This document shows, piece by piece, positions 1-7,503 of a stretch of 64,000 bases of DNA. The stretch is from a virus, in the IMG/VR virus record IMGVR_UViG_3300010370_002417, positions 1 through 64,000 of that record; one strand, given 5' to 3'. A model generated the notes under the pieces. The model saw only the letters and a list, made by a program, of their open reading frames with translations. It was not told the origin of the DNA and did not search any database. Made by a program: the position numbers and the translations under genes. Position 1 is the stretch's first letter; each line of letters begins with the position of its first letter.

Positions 1-153
1 CATATCCGTCCACAAGGCTGTAAAGAACACGCCAGTGGCGATAACAGTCAGCAGATCAGTCATGAACAACGCGACGGAAATCGCGTACAACGTCTGAATC
101 ATGCTAAGAAACACTACAGCCAATGTGACTGGCTTGCCATACTTTGCCCACAT
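1..153 (-). CDS. hypothetical membrane protein (partial, runs off window start)
   Basis: AAGGAG SD, ATG at 153; hydrophobic reading frame MWAKYGKPVTLAVVFLSMIQTLYAISVALF... open to position 1. Confidence 0.6.
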   Translation of the reverse strand, partial: MWAKYGKPVTLAVVFLSMIQTLYAISVALFMTDLLTVIATGVFFTALWTDM

Positions 154-167
154 AGATATTCTCCTTC

Positions 168-428
168 TTACCAAGCTCTACAGATTCTACGCTCGCGCAT
201 ACCATATGGCGTGCGATCCCATGTGCTATAGCAATGCTGGGCTGGACGACGATATCCATAAGGATACGGCGCGACGTAGTGACGCTGCGCAATGTAAGGG
301 CGCGGAACAGGCGCAACATAGACTGGCGATGCGACAGCCACGTCAATTCCAGGTCGTGGCGTATAGACTGTTGCGTTGCAGCCAGCAAGACCAACAGCCA
401 AACAAGAAGCGATTAGAACCTTTTTCAT
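168..428 (-). CDS. Pro/Tyr/Arg-rich small lipoprotein
   Basis: MKKVLIASCLAVGLAG-C lipobox; GGAG SD; ATGA overlap with upstream stop. Confidence 0.7.
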   Translation of the reverse strand: MKKVLIASCLAVGLAGCNATVYTPRPGIDVAVASPVYVAPVPRPYIAQRHYVAPYPYGYRRPAQHCYSTWDRTPYGMRERRICRAW

Positions 429-787
429 GCGATACTCCAAACATAGTCGTCGATTGTATAGACGGACTCCTGGCCGTCATATTCGTCGATGCGATATTTA
501 GTTCCAGCAGGCAACTCGTAAATGCGAAGATTAGCCGCAAAGCCATTGGCTGCATCACCCAGTTCTTCAACGGCTTGAACAAGCGCGCGATCCGTGCGCT
601 GACCGTCCAGATCGTATTGCGAATGCTGTTTGCCATCTTCGTCGAGAATCCAGCCGCTATCCCAAGATGATGTGCCGTCAGGTGCTAGATATTGCCAACC
701 CTTGATCTCGGCGATTCGCTTCATTGCAGCCGCAGAAAGACCAAAGCCGCCGTAGCAAGCATTATATACAATCTTAGTCACATTCAT
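425..787 (-). CDS. conserved phage hypothetical protein
   Basis: KIVYNACYGGFGLS...LVQAVEELG...IDEYDGQE is a pattern common in phage proteins; start placed downstream of tRNA-Arg (793, 787 or 781). Confidence 0.7.
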   Translation of the reverse strand: MNVTKIVYNACYGGFGLSAAAMKRIAEIKGWQYLAPDGTSSWDSGWILDEDGKQHSQYDLDGQRTDRALVQAVEELGDAANGFAANLRIYELPAGTKYRIDEYDGQESVYTIDDYVWSIA

Positions 788-800
788 CTCCATTGTCAAG

Positions 801-877
801 TGGCGATCGCGGAAGGACTCGAACCTTCGACCCACAGCTTAGAAGGCTGTTGCTCTATCCAACTGAGCTACGCGACC
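801..877 (-). tRNA. tRNA-Arg(UCU), CCA encoded
   Basis: Reverse complement GGTCGCG-TAGCTCAGTTGGATAGAGC-A-ACAGC-CTTCTAA-GCTGT-GGGTC-GAAGG-TTCGAGT-CCTTC-CGCGATC-G-CCA folds as a 77-nt cloverleaf. Confidence 0.97.
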
Positions 878-964
878 TTTTCGCTTATACTGTTTCCGCG
901 ATTGTTTCACGCGCACGCGATACTTGGGCGTGCGTAGATCTTTCGCGATAGGATTCTTACTCAT
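839..964 (-). CDS. small basic ArfA-like protein; C-terminus overlaps tRNA-Arg
   Basis: ATGA coupling to the upstream stop; MSKNPIAKDLRTPKYRVRVKQSRKQYKRKG resembles the ArfA core [30 protein letters not shown] (by eye). Confidence 0.6.
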   Translation of the reverse strand: MSKNPIAKDLRTPKYRVRVKQSRKQYKRKGRVAQLDRATAF

Positions 965-1617
965 GCGGACAATTCCTTCACAAGACGACCCATACGACGA
1001 CCGTGGGCAGGATACGCGACGACAGCCACTTCCTTGGACCAGCAGGCGCGACAATCGCCACATTTGCCAGAACGCTCGTATGCGTCGCAGACTTTGCTAG
1101 CCTTAGTTTCGCTATCCGCGAACGGGATAACAGTGGATCCGTGATCGGCGTCGAACTCGCCAGTCATGGAGTCAGCAGAATAACGAACCGCCACGTTGGG
1201 CAGAGTCTTCATACGCTCCAGGATCGCGCGGATACGCGGTACCTTGTAGGACTTGGTAGGAAGCCAATGTTTGACATGCGGCGTCTTCTGCATAACCAAA
1301 AAGATCTTGAACGCGAGCGCGGGATGATATACGTCGCCAGAATCAAACCAGCGGAAGAACTTCTGCCGTTTCAACTCTTTGACCATATCATCGACCCACT
1401 CGGCTCGCTTCCAGTCTTCGCGATTGTGCTCGCGGACTTTGATCGCGTCGGGCATCATATAGAAGCCTTCGTTCGCATAACAACCAGCGCAAACAGCAAC
1501 GGGCAACTTGGTAGCCTTGTCGATAGAACCAGGGCAGGTAGCACGAGCCTGGAGCGACCACGACTTAGCCGGCATCTTGGAAGCTTTGGACAACTTGATC
1601 ATAACGAAACCTTTCAT
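961..1617 (-). CDS. GP88-family Cys-rich, putative Fe-S (radical-SAM-like) protein
   Basis: CPGS...CAGCYA, RWFDSGD, HWLPT, C-terminal CxxCxxCW; alternative SD-led start at 1602. Confidence 0.7.
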   Translation of the reverse strand: MKGFVMIKLSKASKMPAKSWSLQARATCPGSIDKATKLPVAVCAGCYANEGFYMMPDAIKVREHNREDWKRAEWVDDMVKELKRQKFFRWFDSGDVYHPALAFKIFLVMQKTPHVKHWLPTKSYKVPRIRAILERMKTLPNVAVRYSADSMTGEFDADHGSTVIPFADSETKASKVCDAYERSGKCGDCRACWSKEVAVVAYPAHGRRMGRLVKELSA

Positions 1618-1626
1618 CTTGGCTTA

Positions 1627-1655
1627 ATGATACCACGGGATGACTGGATTGTCAA
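1627..1655 (-). promoter_or_regulatory. sigma70-type early promoter
   Basis: TTGACA-17-TATCAT. Confidence 0.8.
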
Positions 1656-1681
1656 GGCCCGTGGTACTGTTAAGCTAAGAA

Positions 1682-2215
1682 TCAGTCGGCGAGAGCGTTC
1701 GCGCGAGGAAGATTCTCAGCGACCGCAACACGAGCGGCGAGCTGTTCAGCCCGAGCGGCTTCTTCCGCTTCCCACTCCGCCTCGAGCGCATCGAACTCCG
1801 CGCGAGTATCTTCCTTGATCTTATCAAGCGCCGTCTTCTCGCGCTTGGTCACTTCCTTCATCGTAGCCAGATTCTTGGCCTTGATCGCATCGACTTCTTC
1901 AGTCGACTTGGTCTTGGCTACAACCTTGGGAGCCTTCGCCTTAGCCGCAGCCTTGGGAGTCTTGGCCTTGGAAGCCTTACGGACAGGAGCGGCGGTAGCA
2001 GCGGCGAGTGCGCTGGACGAGATTGCACCCTGGAGCTGGTACGCGATAACGGCCTTGCCGCCGTCGCGGATCGCTTCGAGGACTACGCCAGCCTTGCGGG
2101 CAAGGAACAGCGCGCGACGAGCGCGGCGGGGCGTACCGGTGGCGGACTCAAGCTGCTTCGCGGTGAAGCGATTCTTGTTGTTCTTGAGAAGATCGATGAC
2201 ATACTGGGCTTTCAT
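1682..2215 (-). CDS. early hypothetical protein: N-terminal HTH-like region, Ala/Lys-rich linker, acidic helical C-terminus
   Basis: ORF with GAAAGG SD and its own promoter; KASKAKTPKAAAKAKAPK segment is histone-H1-like. Confidence 0.75.
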   Translation of the reverse strand: MKAQYVIDLLKNNKNRFTAKQLESATGTPRRARRALFLARKAGVVLEAIRDGGKAVIAYQLQGAISSSALAAATAAPVRKASKAKTPKAAAKAKAPKVVAKTKSTEEVDAIKAKNLATMKEVTKREKTALDKIKEDTRAEFDALEAEWEAEEAARAEQLAARVAVAENLPRANALAD

Positions 2216-2248
2216 AGTATATACCTTTCGTTGGTGGTCACATTATTG

Positions 2249-2277
2249 ATTCTAGCGGGTCGCCCCGCGGTTGTCAA
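2249..2277 (-). promoter_or_regulatory. sigma70-type early promoter
   Basis: TTGACA-17-TAGAAT. Confidence 0.85.
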
Positions 2278-2378
2278 GGGCGATTATCGAGAATATGAGC
2301 TACAGTGAAGCCCACGATCATCACGACCCAAAGGAACGCGAGCGGAGCTATAACAATGGCGATATCACTGGTACTCAT
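2274..2378 (-). CDS. 34-aa single-TM early protein
   Basis: GAGAGG SD; MSTSDIAIVIAPLAFLWVVMIVGFTVAHILDNRP; own promoter. Confidence 0.65.
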   Translation of the reverse strand: MSTSDIAIVIAPLAFLWVVMIVGFTVAHILDNRP

Positions 2379-2407
2379 GGAATCCTCTCAATTCACCCTA
2401 TATTCTT

Positions 2408-2436
2408 ATTGTACGCGATTAGGGGCTGATTGTCAA
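2408..2436 (-). promoter_or_regulatory. sigma70-type early promoter
   Basis: TTGACA-17-TACAAT. Confidence 0.85.
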
Positions 2437-2461
2437 GGCCCCTAATCGAATTATTTTATGG

Positions 2462-2608
2462 TTAAGCCTGAGCTTCCCAAGCAGCGATTAAGCGGCTATA
2501 GTTAAGGTCGTACGGCAAACCCATACGCTCAAGCTCACGAAGGTACGCGATTTTGTCGGTTACTGAAGCTAGACCTTGGAAGGTGGCGTAAATATAAGCT
2601 AAGGTCAT
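2462..2608 (-). CDS. 48-aa early hypothetical protein
   Basis: AGGGG SD; MTLAYIYATFQGLASVTDKIAYLRELERMGLPYDLNYSRLIAAWEAQA. Confidence 0.65.
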   Translation of the reverse strand: MTLAYIYATFQGLASVTDKIAYLRELERMGLPYDLNYSRLIAAWEAQA

Positions 2609-2711
2609 GTTAACCCCTACGGTTACGATTAAGCGGGCTTTAACTAAGCTATAAGCTAGGGCTTAACTATAAGCTAAAGCTACGCTATAGGGGCGGATCC
2701 CCTATAATCTA

Positions 2712-2740
2712 AATGTATAGGGTTGGGGTGGGGTTGTCAA
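2712..2740 (-). promoter_or_regulatory. sigma70-type early promoter (first of the cassette)
   Basis: TTGACA-17-TACATT with an A-tract upstream. Confidence 0.75.
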
Positions 2741-2825
2741 GGCCTTATTTTTGTTACGATCGTAACAGATTTTGTTACGTTTTAAATCGGCTAGTTTTAG
2801 GACCTAAGATTAGCCGTTTTATAAT

Positions 2826-2939
2826 CTAGCCGCATAGTGGCATCCCATAAAGAAAAACGACTGGGCCAAACGCCCACCAGAGCATTGACCCAGTCGCTAG
2901 AAATAAAAGAGCCGCGATTATATACGCGACCCTAATCAT
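2826..2939 (-). CDS. possible 37-aa hydrophobic peptide overlapping terminator hairpins
   Basis: TGATG coupling to the porin stop; MIRVAYIIAALLFLATGSMLWWAFGPVVFLYGMPLCG. Confidence 0.4.
   Translation of the reverse strand: MIRVAYIIAALLFLATGSMLWWAFGPVVFLYGMPLCG
2850..2896 (-). terminator. intrinsic terminator
   Basis: CGACTGGGTCAA...TTGGCCCAGTCG stem followed by TTTTTCTTT. Confidence 0.65.
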
Positions 2940-3454
2940 CAGAACTTATAGTTCACACCAATCGTTGCGCGATCTTCGCCGGCGTTACGATCGAAATTGT
3001 CGACGTGACGATAACGAGCATCGAGATCGAGCGATGAAGTCAGCGAGAACTTTACGCCACCGCCGATGTTCCAAATTGCTTCGTCCTTGATGTCAGCAAA
3101 GCGATAGCCGACGCCAACGAGAGCATATGGAGTGAACGAGCCGAACTTATAACCACCGACAACATTGCCAGCTACGTCATGCGTTCCGCCCTTCTTGTAG
3201 TCATATGTACCTTCAGCGGCTACACCGATAGGACCGAGACCGATGACATTATAGCCACCGACAACGCCAACGGTCCATGGTGCATCCGAATTGATTCCAT
3301 CAGTAACAACTCCACCAGCATTTACGCCAGCATAGAATGCCTTAGAAGCGAAAATGGGAGCTGGTGCAGCGGGAGCACTCTTTCCAGGAAGGTCAGCGGC
3401 TACGGCGCTAGTCGCACCAAGAACCACTGCGAGTGCAGCGAGTGTATTTCTCAT
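2939..3454 (-). CDS. outer-membrane beta-barrel protein, Omp25/RopB-like
   Basis: Signal peptide followed by AADLP; FYAGVNAG, TPYALVGVGY; C-terminal GVNYKF BAM signature. Confidence 0.85.
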   Translation of the reverse strand: MRNTLAALAVVLGATSAVAADLPGKSAPAAPAPIFASKAFYAGVNAGGVVTDGINSDAPWTVGVVGGYNVIGLGPIGVAAEGTYDYKKGGTHDVAGNVVGGYKFGSFTPYALVGVGYRFADIKDEAIWNIGGGVKFSLTSSLDLDARYRHVDNFDRNAGEDRATIGVNYKF

Positions 3455-3567
3455 ATGTTCTCCTTAATTGATGATAACATTATATAGAAATAGGACGAAT
3501 CCTACAGTCAATGGCATCCAAAGAAGGAAGCCTATCGCGAATAGTATATTTAGCCATTCGCGATATT

Positions 3568-3642
3568 TGGAGCGGCGAGCGGGAATCGAACCCGCGACCA
3601 ACAGTTTGGAAGACTGTGACTCTACCACTGAGTTACCGCCGC
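3568..3642 (-). tRNA. tRNA-Gly(UCC), CCA encoded
   Basis: Reverse complement GCGGCGG...ACAGT-CTTCCAA-ACTGT...GCGGG-TTCGATT-CCCGC-TCGCCGC-T-CCA, 75 nt. Confidence 0.97.
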
Positions 3643-3650
3643 AATTCTTA

Positions 3651-4229
3651 TTAGTTATTGTCAAGCCACTCCAAAATGTTCTCTGGAGACGTCTCGCCGT
3701 ACGGATCAGTATCGCAATTATCACTGAAGCCGGGCTCCTCGAACCACGCTTCAATCACGCCGTTATTGACGATCATAGCATAGCGCCAGGAACGATCGCC
3801 GAATCCCAGATTCTCCTTCGAAACAGACATACCGAGTTTGCTTGTAAACGTGCAGTTTCCGTCTGGAATCATCTTGACATTCATGACATTCTGAGATTTA
3901 GCCCAAGCATTCATCGTGAACGCATCATTCACTGAGATACAATAGATGTCGTCGATGCCGCGATCTTTGAACGCATTGTAGCAATTATCAAATCCTGGCA
4001 GCTGAAACGTTGAACAAGTCGGAGTAAACGCTCCAGGAAGCGAGAACACGATCACGCGCTTGCCACCAAAATAATCATAGCTGTTCACATCTTCCCAACG
4101 ATATGGGTTTGGTCCCTGGATAGAATCGTCGCGAACGCGAGTCTTGAATACTACCGCAGGAACGATAGAACCAACGCGATTGATACTAGCAGCTTGATGC
4201 TGTAGCTTCATCCATTCATCATATTCCAT
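3651..4229 (-). CDS. peroxiredoxin (Prx5 subfamily)
   Basis: FSLPGAFTPTCS active site, SVNDAF, IPDGN, RSWRYA. Confidence 0.93.
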   Translation of the reverse strand: MEYDEWMKLQHQAASINRVGSIVPAVVFKTRVRDDSIQGPNPYRWEDVNSYDYFGGKRVIVFSLPGAFTPTCSTFQLPGFDNCYNAFKDRGIDDIYCISVNDAFTMNAWAKSQNVMNVKMIPDGNCTFTSKLGMSVSKENLGFGDRSWRYAMIVNNGVIEAWFEEPGFSDNCDTDPYGETSPENILEWLDNN

Positions 4230-4239
4230 AATATTCTCC

Positions 4240-4740
4240 TTACCAATTTTTTTCTACTGGATTTGATATAGCGTCTTCGAGAGGATTTCTCGGCTTGAAC
4301 ATAGAAGAAGGACGTAAACGACCATCTTCACCAATTTGATCCATGTCACAATATATTTCAAACTGATAACCATCAGGATCAAGAAAGTTTATACTGATGT
4401 TACAGCCAGCACCTTTGCGTCCTTCAAAAACTATAGGAATGTTGTTGTCAATGAAATATTGTTTTGCTTTCTGCAATATCTCAATGTTATCAACTTCGAA
4501 CGCAAGATGTTCAACTTGTAACGTACCGCTCATGTCTCGCTCGGACTTTTTACCAGATTGCATTGGCGTAAGACCGATAGCGTGATGATCAGAACCGCAA
4601 CGAAAGAATACCATACCCTTAGCGTTGCGATCTGTTTCCTCGAAGTTCATCACTTCTTTCCAAAACTTGACTGTTCTCTCAATATCGCTTACTTCATAAA
4701 CAAAATGACCAAGTTTGTTGACCTTGATTGGTGATGTCAT
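4240..4740 (-). CDS. VOC (glyoxalase/extradiol dioxygenase) family protein
   Basis: LGHFVYEVSD, DHHAIGL, EHLAFEV, DPDGYQFEIY. Confidence 0.88.
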   Translation of the reverse strand: MTSPIKVNKLGHFVYEVSDIERTVKFWKEVMNFEETDRNAKGMVFFRCGSDHHAIGLTPMQSGKKSERDMSGTLQVEHLAFEVDNIEILQKAKQYFIDNNIPIVFEGRKGAGCNISINFLDPDGYQFEIYCDMDQIGEDGRLRPSSMFKPRNPLEDAISNPVEKNW

Positions 4741-5102
4741 GCTTGTCTCGTTAGATAGTTTGGTCGAACATACTTAGCGCCGAAGTATTCCTTAACCAGA
4801 GCGATGACAACCTGATCATCGTACTCCTTGCAAGAGAATACATCGAGATACATTGCGTTTCCACCCATACCATCATCGGGTACGAAGTGGGCGCAGATAT
4901 TGCTGGTCTCGATCAGCTGGACGAGAGTGTATCCAGCCTTGTTACCAGAGCCGAAGTTCACGATCTGCGGCTCGCCATAAGCTACCATGTCGATATCTTT
5001 GACAAGACGCTTGGTGAAGTTGTAAATAGTATCATAGCTGGTAATTGCTGCGTTGTCAAGTTCTGCGCAATCCAGAATGAGATGATAGCCCCAGTAAGAC
5101 AT
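4737..5102 (-). CDS. speD: S-adenosylmethionine decarboxylase proenzyme
   Basis: GYHLILD, LIETSNICAH (Ser pyruvoyl site region), LDVFSCK. Confidence 0.85.
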   Translation of the reverse strand: MSYWGYHLILDCAELDNAAITSYDTIYNFTKRLVKDIDMVAYGEPQIVNFGSGNKAGYTLVQLIETSNICAHFVPDDGMGGNAMYLDVFSCKEYDDQVVIALVKEYFGAKYVRPNYLTRQA

Positions 5103-5111
5103 TTGTTTCTC

Positions 5112-6071
5112 CTACAGTCCTTCGAAAGATTTGATACTTCTCGTGTCGTAAGTCCATTCGTACCACGACTCAAAAAATGCTCGTACCTCTTTCTCGTCGA
5201 ACTTAGGATCCCTGAGGATATCGACGATATTATCAGTCGTAGCCCTATTACTCACACAATCATATTCACAACGCCCGAACGTGACAATCGGCACTTTATG
5301 TAGCAGCGTTTCCATGCCAGTTCCAGAGTTCACAACTACGACTGCGCGCGCACGAGGAATGATCTCGTGAATGCTTACATCGTCCACCCATCTTGTGTGT
5401 CTGTATTTAGTGGCGATCGACATGAGATTCACCATGCTCATGGGATTCACGGGATGTCCCTTAACATACAGTGGGATATTTAGCTGTTCTGTCGCTTTGC
5501 AAGTTGCTTCAAGAGCTTCTTCGACAGTAACATTTGAATGATATTTAATTGTTTCGTCGTGCGGAATCTGACACGGAAAGAATACAAAATCGTCAGGCAG
5601 ACTCAGATTTTTCTTAGCAGGCTGATCAAACTTGCTTCCTCCCGCGAGCGCGCGAGCTTGCATCTGACCATAGAAACTGCCAGGAGGAACGATTCTATTC
5701 TTATCGAACAGGAACGGATAGCACGAAGCACCGCCAGCGAATCCCTTGGAGTCGACATAGAACTGCCACGGAAAGACTGATTGCATATAGTAGCGAACGA
5801 TCTTGTCGCGGACAGGAAACGTCTCGAGCGACTTGTGCGGAATGTAAACAATATCCGCATCGGCTCGTTCCGCTTCTTCGGGAGTAAACTGCCACAGTGG
5901 CTTTTCTATGAACTTTACATCGTCGCCTTTGATGCGATGATAATTCAAAAGCATATTTCCCATGTTCTGCCAATGAACACGGATAGGTGGGATCGGTCCG
6001 CGCTGCGCGGTAACAGGTCCTTGCTTGAATGTTACGTCAAGCCTAGGAAACATAATTAGAATCTTTCTCAT
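5112..6071 (-). CDS. KpsS/KpsC-like capsular polysaccharide glycosyltransferase
   Basis: FPCQIPHD, VKGHP, VVVNSGTGMETLL-KVPIVTFG motifs of the Capsule_synth family. Confidence 0.75.
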   Translation of the reverse strand: MRKILIMFPRLDVTFKQGPVTAQRGPIPPIRVHWQNMGNMLLNYHRIKGDDVKFIEKPLWQFTPEEAERADADIVYIPHKSLETFPVRDKIVRYYMQSVFPWQFYVDSKGFAGGASCYPFLFDKNRIVPPGSFYGQMQARALAGGSKFDQPAKKNLSLPDDFVFFPCQIPHDETIKYHSNVTVEEALEATCKATEQLNIPLYVKGHPVNPMSMVNLMSIATKYRHTRWVDDVSIHEIIPRARAVVVVNSGTGMETLLHKVPIVTFGRCEYDCVSNRATTDNIVDILRDPKFDEKEVRAFFESWYEWTYDTRSIKSFEGL

Positions 6072-6775
6072 CGAATCATCCTATCAAAATAATTCTTCTT
6101 TGCTACGTATGTTTGATTATCATACTTGCGCGGACCTTTACCAGTCCAGATCGTCGTTCCTTCGACAAACTCCCAATCCATAAACTGCGAATCAAAATAG
6201 TCGAAGCGATAGTCAGATATGTGTCTTTCATACGTTTCGTTGATAGCCACTTGATCTAGGAACCACAATACAGGCCCCTTGCGAATGCGGAAAGCAACTT
6301 CTTCAGCGAACTCTACTGCGTCGCGTGAGTAATATACTGCGCCCGCTGCGATCTTAGTACCGCGACTTTCCCATCCTTGTGTACCTTCCAGCGACTCGCG
6401 AATAAACAATCCGATCTGACCAGTAGGCTCTTCGATCTTCTTCATAATCAGACAATCTGTATCAATCACAAGATACGTATCGTCCGTGTATCTAAGACGA
6501 TTACCTACTGTAACAAATCTATCGCAAGCAAATATAGTTCTCAGTTGCTCTTTATCTTTTGCGCCCGTGAACATATCTCCCCATGAGAACGTAAACGTAG
6601 CAGAAGTCATGCTTTCCCATTTACCACTAAGATAGTGAAGGAAGTCGACTTCCGTCGGCGAAGCATTGACAACATGAAGATGAAGATTGTTTCCAGCGAC
6701 AGCAGCCGAAGCAACTAACGCTGGAGCGTGTAGGGTTAGATAGATGGAATCACACGACGCAAACAATTTGAACAT
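6068..6775 (-). CDS. putative nucleotide-sugar transferase (GT-A fold)
   Basis: IDTD (DxD), AAGAVY, WFLDQVAI, IWTGKG. Confidence 0.6.
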   Translation of the reverse strand: MFKLFASCDSIYLTLHAPALVASAAVAGNNLHLHVVNASPTEVDFLHYLSGKWESMTSATFTFSWGDMFTGAKDKEQLRTIFACDRFVTVGNRLRYTDDTYLVIDTDCLIMKKIEEPTGQIGLFIRESLEGTQGWESRGTKIAAGAVYYSRDAVEFAEEVAFRIRKGPVLWFLDQVAINETYERHISDYRFDYFDSQFMDWEFVEGTTIWTGKGPRKYDNQTYVAKKNYFDRMIR

Positions 6776-7503
6776 TACTGACCTATGATATTATACTCGC
6801 CAAAGGTTTCGTTACTGAGTTGCGGCGTGTATCCATTAAGAACTGCTTCTGCGCGCATATCGTGCCACAATTTCACGAGATCTTGACGCGGATGCTCTTC
6901 GCCTTTGCCCGTGAACCAAGCAGGCCTCCACGGCTGGGTACTCATCTTAGTATAATGCAAGTGCCAGATGTTGTCAATAGATAATCCATCGCCGTCATGA
7001 CAATTCCAACGTGGATCGAGGTCTAGCACATAATCAGATCCAGAGAACATACCGATATAACGATGATGGATATCTGGATTTGGTTTCATGCGCGCAGTGG
7101 GCATCAATAGATCACCCATACGTTCGTTGTCAAATACGATAACACAAAACTCGTGGCCACCAAAGCGAGCACCGCGGCGAGCAGCCAAGGGATGATTTTT
7201 AAGATCCACCGAAAAAAGATCAGAAATGTCACGAAGATTAAGCTGATCAACATCCATGTAAATAGCGCGACCATGATAACCACATACCTCTGGAATAGCC
7301 CAACGGAAGCCTGAGAAAGGAGTAGACCAGCGTTGAGTCTGCCATCCACCCCAAGGACTATCCTCGTCCTTTGTCTGTCGCATCCACGTAATATCTAGCG
7401 GATGCGACGTATTCTTACGCAGCGTATATTCTAATACCATTTCGGCTTCAGCGTCTTCGTTGTTAGCCGATGTTCCAACGAATATGCGGATCGGTTCAAT
7501 CAT
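6775..7503 (-). CDS. glycosyltransferase, GT8-like
   Basis: IFVG, STPFSGFRW, AIYMDVD (DxD), WNCHD, LHYT...QPW. Confidence 0.8.
   Translation of the reverse strand: MIEPIRIFVGTSANNEDAEAEMVLEYTLRKNTSHPLDITWMRQTKDEDSPWGGWQTQRWSTPFSGFRWAIPEVCGYHGRAIYMDVDQLNLRDISDLFSVDLKNHPLAARRGARFGGHEFCVIVFDNERMGDLLMPTARMKPNPDIHHRYIGMFSGSDYVLDLDPRWNCHDGDGLSIDNIWHLHYTKMSTQPWRPAWFTGKGEEHPRQDLVKLWHDMRAEAVLNGYTPQLSNETFGEYNIIGQ

Noticed and set aside
771-799. TTGACA-17-TAAGAT promoter-like match after tRNA-Arg
   Set aside because: It overlaps the SD and start of ORF 425..787; it could be real but cannot be separated from chance or coding constraint.
2609-2830. Possible CRISPR mini-array
   Set aside because: Only two imperfect adjacent 24-nt units with no spacers, and no cas genes in the window.
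3464-3754. 96-aa ORF running through tRNA-Gly with a hydrophobic C-terminus
   Set aside because: It overlaps both the peroxiredoxin and the tRNA and has no credible start for the TM segment; it may be a gene remnant.
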